A program made the translations under genes and the position numbers. 64,000 bases of DNA from a virus, in the IMG/VR virus record IMGVR_UViG_3300042673_001035, positions 1-64,000 of that record. One strand, written 5' to 3'. Positions 1 to 8,677 of the stretch are shown piece after piece (the first letter of the stretch is position 1; each line of letters opens with the position of its first letter). The notes beneath the pieces were generated by a model. That model saw nothing but the letters and a program-made list of their open reading frames with translations. It was not told where the DNA came from and made no database searches.

Positions 1-844
1 TGAAAATTACAATTTCCTTTACTCTACCCTCATCTTCGATTCTTTTTATTTTTTCAATAAATTTATCAACTAAACTATCAGGTATTCCTAAATTAGAATT
101 TATAGCTAATTTTAATTCTGTGTTTGGATTTGGTTCATTTATAATATAATCCAATACACCCCAAGTATCTTTTGATAATAATGGTTCTCCTCCAGTTATT
201 CTAAATGTATGTAAATCTCTATATAGTTCCGGCCACCACTTCCAAAATGCTTCTACATATGGATTTGTATCTTTATGTGGAATTGGAAATTTATCTTCTA
301 TTTTAAGCCATTCATTTGAGTTAAATCTGTCGGTTGTTGGGTAATGTCCAAATTGTTCAATCTCTTCAACCCATTTGGAACTATATGCGGGGCCACAATA
401 AGAACATTTAAAATTACACGCATTTGAGAAAGAAACTTCTACATATTTTGGATTATAATCTTCTCTCCAATCCGAATTAAATATTTCTTCTTTAAATGGA
501 TAAGACCAACTTTCACCGGATTTAAAAACTCTATCACTAAATCTATCCGAATTATCTTCGACATTCCAACAATAGTCACACTCAGTAGGTCTTGCACCAC
601 TCAACATTTCTTTTCTCTTTAATTTTTTAAATCGAGTATTGTGAAGTGCAGATGGATTTCTAGCTATTTCAACTTCTGAAATTTTATGGGTTTTTGGATG
701 GTGACATGAGTGATTATGTCCACTTTGTAATTGTAAAGTTACTTGAGTCCATTTTGCCAAACACATACCAGTACCAACTGCATTTAATTCATCTCTTACT
801 TTTACATATAGTGGGTTTTCTATATATGTTTTATCATCACTCAT
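1..844 (-). CDS. Radical SAM protein with N-terminal twitch/SPASM-like Cys domain (runs off window start)
   Basis: Not in ORF track. Manual translation from ATG 844 gives MSDDKTYIENPLYVKVRDELNAVGTGMCLAKW...HSCHHP...CDYCW...FSNACNFKCSYC (CxxxCxxC)...ITGGEP. Confidence 0.85.
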   Translation of the reverse strand, partial: MSDDKTYIENPLYVKVRDELNAVGTGMCLAKWTQVTLQLQSGHNHSCHHPKTHKISEVEIARNPSALHNTRFKKLKRKEMLSGARPTECDYCWNVEDNSDRFSDRVFKSGESWSYPFKEEIFNSDWREDYNPKYVEVSFSNACNFKCSYCGPAYSSKWVEEIEQFGHYPTTDRFNSNEWLKIEDKFPIPHKDTNPYVEAFWKWWPELYRDLHTFRITGGEPLLSKDTWGVLDYIINEPNPNTELKLAINSNLGIPDSLVDKFIEKIKRIEDEGRVKEIVIF

Positions 845-2255
845 AACTTATTGTTTTAACATTTATCATTTTATGTCTGTTATAAATAGTGTCAATTGAA
901 ATAAATTCATATTTCATATTATTTATTCCGTCATTTTTATAATCAATTTCACCTTGTTGCATTTTTAATATATATCTCCTTTCATTTTTCGCGGTGGTTT
1001 CACCTTTTGCCCATTTATCAATTCCACCTTCGGTTATCAACCCCTCCGTTTGATGTGGTAGACATCTAAATTTACCATCTCTTCTATAAGGTAATATTGT
1101 ATGTGGTATTTCTATTTTTTCTTTTTTTAATTCTACATTTTCAAAATCACCAAATTCCAAATTCATAGTAAAAATATCTAATACTAAATTTTCTTCAGGA
1201 GTTTCTTTATGTATGTTTTTAATTTCTTCAGGAGTTAAACATCTATTCCACATTTGTATACTTGCAACACCACCTTTGAAAAAAGATTCGACAGGTGATT
1301 TTGAATATCCCACATAAAATGGTTCCATACCATATCTTTTAAGTGGTTCATTGTATAATAGTGGTGATTGTGTTCCTGTTCCTAGTCTTGCATCACTTTC
1401 TCTACCATTTAAGTAGAAATGTATTTTTTTATTTTCTGTGTCAACTGACATTGTAATCCAACTCCATTGATTTTCATATCTTTTAATCCATTGATATAAA
1501 TGTCCTTTCATTCTATCCCATAGTTGCATTGTATATGCCCTACTATTATTAAAAGATAAACCCCAATCATATCCAGGTTTTCTAAAAATAGGATATTCTA
1601 TAAATTGTCTATTGGTGTCACCGATTAACCAGATAGGTACTTTTTCAATTTGTTGTTCTGCTTTTACTAAAATAGAAATTGTATGAGATTCCGATATACA
1701 ATTTTTTTGTTCTCTGCTAGGTCTAAACTGAATTTTTGAATCTACCCCATTAAAATATGCAACATATTTTTCTTTATTAAAATCTAATTTAGTTTTTTCA
1801 GCATAACCTTCCATCACACATCTCCAAAACAAATCATCATCTTCCATACCCCAATCCCAATAACCATTTGAATATCCATTGGTTCTTTCTACTTGTTCTT
1901 TTGAAAAGAGGACTGCACCTCCAAAGTATTCTTCATATTTTAATTGATAATCGGATTGTGAAATTCTAACTGCAATGTGTTGTGGATTCCCTTCTGGAAA
2001 CGAATAATCACAACTATTATCCTCAGGCACCATATCAATATCATGCCAAACTATATAATCACACCCATCATCAAATGCATATTTGGCTGCAATGTTTTTC
2101 ATCAAACCTCTATTAAAAAGTTTATCATCACATTGGTGTGCTAAATAAATTGTATGTTCAATCCCTCTTTCTTCTAAAAACTTAGTAACATGTGGAATAA
2201 ACTCATTCATATGAGCTTCTCTATTTCTATATGGTACACAAACTCCTAATTTCAT
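837..2255 (-). CDS. GT7 (beta-1,4-galactosyltransferase/B4GALT7-like) glycosyltransferase with inserted LamG/ConA-like domain
   Basis: VPYRNR, FNRG, HDID (DxD), YFGG, WDWGMEDDD motifs. The beta-rich insert has FYLNG and FFKGGVASIQMWNRCL. The GT7 tail resumes at PYRRDGKFRCLPH...DGINNMKY. Confidence 0.85.
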   Translation of the reverse strand: MKLGVCVPYRNREAHMNEFIPHVTKFLEERGIEHTIYLAHQCDDKLFNRGLMKNIAAKYAFDDGCDYIVWHDIDMVPEDNSCDYSFPEGNPQHIAVRISQSDYQLKYEEYFGGAVLFSKEQVERTNGYSNGYWDWGMEDDDLFWRCVMEGYAEKTKLDFNKEKYVAYFNGVDSKIQFRPSREQKNCISESHTISILVKAEQQIEKVPIWLIGDTNRQFIEYPIFRKPGYDWGLSFNNSRAYTMQLWDRMKGHLYQWIKRYENQWSWITMSVDTENKKIHFYLNGRESDARLGTGTQSPLLYNEPLKRYGMEPFYVGYSKSPVESFFKGGVASIQMWNRCLTPEEIKNIHKETPEENLVLDIFTMNLEFGDFENVELKKEKIEIPHTILPYRRDGKFRCLPHQTEGLITEGGIDKWAKGETTAKNERRYILKMQQGEIDYKNDGINNMKYEFISIDTIYNRHKMINVKTISYE

Positions 2256-3550
2256 TATATTCCAACATTTAAATGTATTATATTATTTTGGTTAGTCTTA
2301 CCATATAATTTATATTTTGATAAAGTTGTTAGTCCATCGATTTTTCTATCTCTAGAACCTATTTGTACTTCATTATTATATCTTAATTGATTCCACCTAC
2401 TATTATCGTCTTGCCATCTACCATCATTAAATCCACAATCTTTATGTTCCAATTTTATCAGTTTACTATTTCGTCTAAATGGAATATATGAATAGTAATT
2501 TACAAATGGTTTAAAATAGTCTAAATAAATATTGAAAAATTCGGCGTCATTTTCATTACCAGAAATATCAGTAAATTTATATTCGTTGATATCATAATTT
2601 TTGTAATGTATTTTTATTTCATCATTTTGTTTTAATGAAAATTGATTTAGACTGCCTTTGAAAAAGTGTTTTTTATCATCATCGGAACCAATTATTATAT
2701 TATCTGCATTTGAATAATTGTATATGTGATTAGAAAGTTCAATAGTATGTAAACTATTATTTACTGAAAAATTAATGATGTTTTTTTCTTTAATGTACTC
2801 AATCAATATTTTATTATTAGATACCGTTACGATATCCGAATAAACATCATAGTAATTACCTTTTTTATCAAACAATTGTAAATAAAATCTATTAAAAGAA
2901 TTATAAAAAAGTTTGAAATCATAACCTTTTATTGATAAAATGGGAAATATATCAAATTGTAAATTTTCATTATAAACAACTCTAGCCAAATTGATGTCCA
3001 ATTCTATTTTAAAACTTCTATTATAATTTATAATATTAGGCATTTTTGCATAAGCATTAACACCATTAAAAATGGGTAATTTTTCTTTAGTAAATGTATC
3101 ATTTATAATTTTTGCAAATGGGATATTTTTTCTTACACATCTATATCTTAAATCATCATCCTCAAATCCCCATCCCCAATATAAATTAGAAAAACCATTT
3201 ATCTTTTCAAATACATCAGTAGGGAATAAAGTCATTCCACCAAAATAGGATTCAAACGGAATATTATCTGTTGCTAAATGAACTGGTACATTAGAATATG
3301 AATAATCAACATCAACCGGTATCATATCAACATCATGAATTACTATATAATCACAATTTTCTTTTTGTGCTTCTATGAATCCAATGTTGCACAACATTCC
3401 TCTATTAAAAAGTTTAGCATTATCTTGTTCGACAATAATAATTTTAAAATCTATGTTTTTGGATTCTAAATATTCTACTATACTTTTTGTAAACTCTTGC
3501 AAATGTTCATACCTATTTCTGTATGGAACTATTACACCAAGTTTATGCAT
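2255..3550 (-). CDS. Second GT7 glycosyltransferase paralog with LamG-like insert
   Basis: VPYRNR, FNRG, HDVD, YFGG, GFSNLYWGWGFEDDD; insert with IIIGS...FFKGSL; tail PFRR...EH...DGL. Confidence 0.85.
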   Translation of the reverse strand: MHKLGVIVPYRNRYEHLQEFTKSIVEYLESKNIDFKIIIVEQDNAKLFNRGMLCNIGFIEAQKENCDYIVIHDVDMIPVDVDYSYSNVPVHLATDNIPFESYFGGMTLFPTDVFEKINGFSNLYWGWGFEDDDLRYRCVRKNIPFAKIINDTFTKEKLPIFNGVNAYAKMPNIINYNRSFKIELDINLARVVYNENLQFDIFPILSIKGYDFKLFYNSFNRFYLQLFDKKGNYYDVYSDIVTVSNNKILIEYIKEKNIINFSVNNSLHTIELSNHIYNYSNADNIIIGSDDDKKHFFKGSLNQFSLKQNDEIKIHYKNYDINEYKFTDISGNENDAEFFNIYLDYFKPFVNYYSYIPFRRNSKLIKLEHKDCGFNDGRWQDDNSRWNQLRYNNEVQIGSRDRKIDGLTTLSKYKLYGKTNQNNIIHLNVGI

Positions 3551-3794
3551 CCTTTTTATCTTTTGGTACTAATTTGTGAAATTCAGACAAATAGTATTGA
3601 ACTCTACTACTCCAATCATCTTTATCAATTTCTTCAAACCAAACCGTAAGAGCATCTAATGAATTTGCAATCTTTTCTAAAGCTTTTACTTTTTTAGTTT
3701 CAAGCATTAACAATTCTTCATTTGAAATAATAGGAGTTTGTTGTGGAATTTCACTTTTAACAACTTCTGGTGTTTCTTTTTTCTTTAAAGCCAT
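3543..3794 (-). CDS. Hypothetical protein
   Basis: 83-aa ORF downstream of a promoter motif; overlaps the start of the next gene. Confidence 0.65.
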   Translation of the reverse strand: MALKKKETPEVVKSEIPQQTPIISNEELLMLETKKVKALEKIANSLDALTVWFEEIDKDDWSSRVQYYLSEFHKLVPKDKKDA

Positions 3795-3809
3795 AACTTA
3801 TTTATTTTT

Positions 3810-3843
3810 AGTAATATATGATTTTTTATTTGTATTGCCAAAT
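3810..3843 (-). promoter_or_regulatory. Bacteroidota-type sigma-A-like promoter
   Basis: TTTGG-N~17-CATATATTAC; matches a motif repeated about 8 times in the window. Confidence 0.55.
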
Positions 3844-4691
3844 TATATTGCAATAATTTTCTTAAATAATTTATTCCATTGTTTATATTCAAATTCTTTT
3901 CCTATATATTCAAACATATATTCACATTCTGTAACATCTATTTCAAAATTGTTACTTCTTAAAGATTGATACATTTTTAAATATTCATTTGAAAAAGAAT
4001 AATCCTTTTTAATATCTGCAACTTGTTTAATTCTTTTAATACATGTTGAATCCCATTTAAAATGGTGTACCTGTACATTATATTCATCCACAGGTGCAAT
4101 TAAAGGGTGGTTCCAACCTTGCCATTTCCATGTAGTTTGGCCGTCTATCTTTGCATAGTGTTGACCAGGTGTGATTTCAATATAACCTTTCATTATACAT
4201 ATTTTATTTGGACATGCACCACTCATTGGATATCTAAAAAAGCCTGCAACTGGAAATTGGTCAAATATATTTTCTTTTTTATTGATTTTAGGAAAATTAC
4301 CAGTCTGACCTATTCTATCTATAAAACCACCTCTAACTAATTCCCAACCATTCCTATCACAGGCTGAAATAATTTCTTTTAAAGGTTTTGAGTAAATATG
4401 TAATTCATCATCATCAGAAACTATCCACCAATCATTAGGAAATAACATTTTGGTTTCGTTATATAATTGAGTAACATATTCCCAATTGAATTTTTCTTTA
4501 GTTACTCTTTCTATAATATGTACATTCTCAAATTGTTTTGTAATCTTAGAAACTTCTTCGAATAAACTAAATCCTTCCCATTCATAAACTACTACATATA
4601 TTTCATCTACCAAATCTTTATAATGATTTAGCATGTGCCACAAAGTGTCTACCCTGCTGCCAGTAACTGTAACTAATCTTAGTTTATTCAT
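3843..4691 (-). CDS. GT-A fold (GT2-like) glycosyltransferase
   Basis: MLNHY..LVDEIYVV start, WWIVSDDDEL DxD motif, GQH and HHFKW motifs. Confidence 0.7.
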   Translation of the reverse strand: MNKLRLVTVTGSRVDTLWHMLNHYKDLVDEIYVVVYEWEGFSLFEEVSKITKQFENVHIIERVTKEKFNWEYVTQLYNETKMLFPNDWWIVSDDDELHIYSKPLKEIISACDRNGWELVRGGFIDRIGQTGNFPKINKKENIFDQFPVAGFFRYPMSGACPNKICIMKGYIEITPGQHYAKIDGQTTWKWQGWNHPLIAPVDEYNVQVHHFKWDSTCIKRIKQVADIKKDYSFSNEYLKMYQSLRSNNFEIDVTECEYMFEYIGKEFEYKQWNKLFKKIIAI

Positions 4692-4712
4692 TTAATTTTT
4701 TACTAATGTTTT

Positions 4713-5471
4713 TTAAAGCTTTCTTGTTAGTAATGCTAAACCAGTACTTGTAACTTTTTTATCAAACATACGGAAATTTTTTAAATTTACCAAATTCCAA
4801 TCCTTATTTTTTTCTAATTCTTTAATAAATTTTGTTGGCCCATCAAATGGAACAAAATCTTCCTTTGAGTTTTCAGTTACTACAAAAGTCTTATGATAGA
4901 GTTCATCGGTATCATGTATAGTTATAATTGCATTTTCAGACATTATTGTAGAATATAATTCAAAATCTTTTTTAACTCCTTCGTATGAATGGTCTCCGTC
5001 AATGTGTAAATAGTCAATTTTAATATCTTGTCTTACAAAATAATCGTAATAAGCGTTTTCCGATGTTTGTAAAATAACCTGAGGATTGAAATGTTTTCTT
5101 AAAAATGAATTTTCATCTGACCAATCTACAAATCCACCAACTCCATTTACAGCATCTACAATTATAGTAGTACCTATGTCACCCCATTCTGGAGAATTGT
5201 TTCCTTCAAATATTCCTTGTTCCCAAAGGTCACATCTAGCTTGTGTCATTAAACGTGGAATAAAACCACCTCCAGAACCAATACAGACACAAACTTTGGC
5301 ACGATTAAACATTATAAGAGAATAAATCATAAGTCCGTCTCCCAAATGTAAATCAGTTGCACCATGTGACCAACGATATTTAACAGGGTCTAATATCGTA
5401 TTACCATTTTCATCAATTATATGATTATTAGATAAGTAATCTTTTATTAGTGTTTTGTTTAGTAATTGCAT
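4713..5471 (-). CDS. Class I SAM-dependent methyltransferase (Methyltransf_24-like)
   Basis: CIGSGGG motif I, IDYLHIDGDHSYEGVKKDF, IHDT. Confidence 0.85.
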   Translation of the reverse strand: MQLLNKTLIKDYLSNNHIIDENGNTILDPVKYRWSHGATDLHLGDGLMIYSLIMFNRAKVCVCIGSGGGFIPRLMTQARCDLWEQGIFEGNNSPEWGDIGTTIIVDAVNGVGGFVDWSDENSFLRKHFNPQVILQTSENAYYDYFVRQDIKIDYLHIDGDHSYEGVKKDFELYSTIMSENAIITIHDTDELYHKTFVVTENSKEDFVPFDGPTKFIKELEKNKDWNLVNLKNFRMFDKKVTSTGLALLTRKL

Positions 5472-6336
5472 TTATTTCATCTTTTATTTTAGGCCACAAA
5501 AATTCATCAAAAAATCTCATATGTTGTTCTCCAGATGGATGCCAACGGCCACCTGTTAACATTTCATTTTTATTCAAAAACCATTCTATAATACCACCAC
5601 CAAATCCTCTGATATCCACATCATCTGTGAATAAAAATTTAGTAAAATCTATCTTATCTATTAATGCATTTATAGTATTTAATTCAAGCCAAGATTGTTC
5701 ATATTTTTCTAATTTTTCAAAAATACCTTTATTTGTTTTTAAATTTGCATAATTACCTATTTGTTTTAAATCAACATTTTTTTGTAAGGCCTTTAGTTTT
5801 TCAACACTAGTATCCATATCAAATAAATTACCAATAGTAATCATTTTATATGGTATATTTCTTTCTTCTAAATATTTTTGGGTGTGATATATGTTTTCTA
5901 AAGTTTCCAAAACAGCACCATATAGTGAATAATATTTTTCATAAAAATCTTTTGCAAAACCAAAAACATCGGTTCCGTTATTCATATAATTTATCTTATT
6001 TATCCTTTCAGGAAACATATCCATAAAAGGGAAATTTTTTGATTTATCTTCGGTTACGAAAATAGGATAATCCCATCTGTCTATTGTAGACCATTGGATT
6101 ATAGCATAATCTGGTTTTTGAACATTATATGAATCGTTTAAATACCAAAAAGTTTTTCTTCGTATTGCAATATTTGAAGTACCACCAGCTGATACGTTTC
6201 TTACAACATTATATTGAAAACTATCGATAGGTAATCCATGTTTAAATGGTTTTAATCCATTTTTATAAAACCCAGCAACCCATGCACCATCAACGTCAGA
6301 TGGTGTTGAAAAAGAGCACCCATTTACTAAAATCAT
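5428..6336 (-). CDS. SGNH/GDSL-like protein
   Basis: NGCSFS block I, NVSAGGTSN block II, IIQWS, C-terminal WHP. Confidence 0.6.
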   Translation of the reverse strand: MILVNGCSFSTPSDVDGAWVAGFYKNGLKPFKHGLPIDSFQYNVVRNVSAGGTSNIAIRRKTFWYLNDSYNVQKPDYAIIQWSTIDRWDYPIFVTEDKSKNFPFMDMFPERINKINYMNNGTDVFGFAKDFYEKYYSLYGAVLETLENIYHTQKYLEERNIPYKMITIGNLFDMDTSVEKLKALQKNVDLKQIGNYANLKTNKGIFEKLEKYEQSWLELNTINALIDKIDFTKFLFTDDVDIRGFGGGIIEWFLNKNEMLTGGRWHPSGEQHMRFFDEFLWPKIKDEINAITKQNTNKRLLI

Positions 6337-7706
6337 ATTAATTTATTTTTTTTGTTTTTTAGAAGTAAAACATTTACATCATTTTTTTTGTTTTTTAGAA
6401 GTAAAACATTTACATCATTCATTATCTTACAATAATGATTAAATAATTTTTCTTTATTTTGTTTAATTATTTTATATTTTTCAATATATAATTTTTTTAA
6501 TTTATTTGTGTTTAATTTTTTTAAGGATTTTATTATCATATCTATTTGTTCAAATTCATCTTTTTCTTCAATACCATTTAATTCAAATTCGTCTAAAAAT
6601 AAATCAATACCAATTTTTTTATATTCTTCATATACTTTTTTAGAACCATATATCATAAAAAACTTTTCGGCAAATACCGGTTTTAATGATTTTTCAGTAA
6701 AAAATCCAAATTTTAAATTAAATATTGCATGAGTTTCACCAACCACATCTATATAAGAATTATTATATTCTTCATTTAAAAAATAATTTCTTAAATGATT
6801 GAATAAAAAATCATGGTCATCTTTTGTCACATTTATTTTATCTATAATTGTTAAAAATTTTTCATAATAATCTTTGTTAAAATATGCTTTATGATTATTG
6901 TTGTGTCTTTGTGTACCATCGGTATATATTTTATCCTCTTTAATTGCAACACCATATTCATCAATAAATCTTTCATTTACATTATTTTCTCCAATATGTA
7001 AAACACCATTTTTGTCCGCATCTAATAAAAATTTAATTCTATGGTATCTTGGTTTTAAACAAGTATGTGAATAAACTTTTGACCTATGTAATTTATTATT
7101 TATATTAAATTTTGAAAATATTGTTTTAAAATCGACATGATATTCTAAAAATGAATATACCATATTTGGATATAAAACTCTCATCATTTGTCCTTCTGCT
7201 AACAAATGAAATAATGAATAAAAAGAATCATAGTAAAAATTTTTCTTATCTTTAAATAATTCATAATCTGATATTTTTATATGTTTGAACTTAAAATCGT
7301 ATAAAAAATATTCTTCCTCATCTTCATAATTTACAGCTTCCAATATTGCAAAATTAAAAAATACTTCTACATTTCTTTCAATATATATTTTTTCTAATTT
7401 CTCAAAATCATTTTTATTATTTTTTAATAATGGGTAGTATAATTCATACCACAATTTTCTATCACATATTATAGTTAAATCATCTGGTGGATTTACATAA
7501 TATGAATCCATATCAATCACATTTTTTGTATTTGATATTTTTAAAAATATATTATCCAAATAATGATTTATATCAATTATATCTTCTTTATATTTTATTT
7601 TCAAAGTATGATGACCTCTATGAATATACTCCGATTCCAATAATTCAGCCTCAGGGAATAAACAATTTAATTCAAAACTATTACACAATATATTTAAATA
7701 CTTCAT
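6333..7706 (-). CDS. Putative GT-B-like glycosyltransferase (TEK motif)
   Basis: C-terminal half has KPRYHR and DVVGET...FFTEKSLKP...FMIYG, resembling GT10-type nucleotide-sugar domains. Confidence 0.45.
   Translation of the reverse strand: MKYLNILCNSFELNCLFPEAELLESEYIHRGHHTLKIKYKEDIIDINHYLDNIFLKISNTKNVIDMDSYYVNPPDDLTIICDRKLWYELYYPLLKNNKNDFEKLEKIYIERNVEVFFNFAILEAVNYEDEEEYFLYDFKFKHIKISDYELFKDKKNFYYDSFYSLFHLLAEGQMMRVLYPNMVYSFLEYHVDFKTIFSKFNINNKLHRSKVYSHTCLKPRYHRIKFLLDADKNGVLHIGENNVNERFIDEYGVAIKEDKIYTDGTQRHNNNHKAYFNKDYYEKFLTIIDKINVTKDDHDFLFNHLRNYFLNEEYNNSYIDVVGETHAIFNLKFGFFTEKSLKPVFAEKFFMIYGSKKVYEEYKKIGIDLFLDEFELNGIEEKDEFEQIDMIIKSLKKLNTNKLKKLYIEKYKIIKQNKEKLFNHYCKIMNDVNVLLLKNKKNDVNVLLLKNKKNKLI
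6345..6419. repeat. Exact 36-bp tandem duplication in frame (NDVNVLLLKNKK x2)
   Basis: 6345-6380 is identical to 6381-6416. Confidence 0.95.
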
Positions 7707-8677
7707 ATTATTTTTTTTATTTTCTTAATCCAATTTTGTTTATTCGTATATTTTGTTAGTCCTTTTCTTAATTTACAAAATTCTAAATTTACTTTTTCAA
7801 ATCCATCTTCTTGTATTTCTAAATATCTTTGATGAAACTCTCCTTTACTATTTGCTCTATATTTGTAATCAATATGTTTCATCCAATCGGTATGTATGAT
7901 TGGAACTTTACCATTATCTACTGCATCAAAAATTGCATATCCAAATGGTTCTTTTATATAACATCCATGAAATATTTGAAAATTACCTTCGAAAAATTTG
8001 TTATGAAATGTATAATCAAATTCCATAAACCTATGATAGTCCGAATTAGTTTTTGAACCTTCTAACATTCTTTTATAATCATACTTGTTTGAAAATATAA
8101 TTGATGGAATGTAATCTAAATAATGTGCATTCTTTCGTGTTTCACATCTTGCAGCGTAACCAATTTTATTAGTTATTATTCCTGTAAATGGTTTATTTTG
8201 TTTCCATTCATAATAATTTGTAATCGTTTTTGTTTTTGGATATTCATTATGTATTGTATCTTTTTCATAACCTATCCAAACTATATTGTCGGAATTATCT
8301 AATATCTCTTTCTGCCAATCCCAATCCACCTTTGTCATTATATTTTCATAATCGGAATTCAATCCTAACATATCAGGAATAAAAGCATGGACAAATGTAA
8401 GATAAGTTTTATGTAAATAATTTTTGATGATAGGATTTGGTTTGTAAGAGTGGTGCAAGAAAATAATCTTATCACATTCTTTTAATATCTTATCAACTTC
8501 TTTTTCATTTTCGTAAGTATAAATTGCACCAAATTCTTTTATCAAAGGCCTACCATCAATTATAATTTTATAATCTTCTTTTACTAATGGTAAAATATTT
8601 TCTATAAAGTTATTACACCATAAATCGGCCCCACCTATAACATTTTTTCCATAACCTGTTGTAATAAATACTATCAT
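7703..8677 (-). CDS. GT4-like (GT-B) glycosyltransferase
   Basis: N-terminal GGADLW loop; EPFGYAIFDAVDNGKVPI motif. Confidence 0.75.
   Translation of the reverse strand: MIVFITTGYGKNVIGGADLWCNNFIENILPLVKEDYKIIIDGRPLIKEFGAIYTYENEKEVDKILKECDKIIFLHHSYKPNPIIKNYLHKTYLTFVHAFIPDMLGLNSDYENIMTKVDWDWQKEILDNSDNIVWIGYEKDTIHNEYPKTKTITNYYEWKQNKPFTGIITNKIGYAARCETRKNAHYLDYIPSIIFSNKYDYKRMLEGSKTNSDYHRFMEFDYTFHNKFFEGNFQIFHGCYIKEPFGYAIFDAVDNGKVPIIHTDWMKHIDYKYRANSKGEFHQRYLEIQEDGFEKVNLEFCKLRKGLTKYTNKQNWIKKIKKII

Noticed and set aside
3843-4691. GT2 protein (ends KKIIAI) and HD protein at 40811 (ends DNII) as members of the tagged set
   Set aside because: They match only partly (Ala at the penultimate position) or belong to a different functional class, so they were left out of the count as ambiguous.
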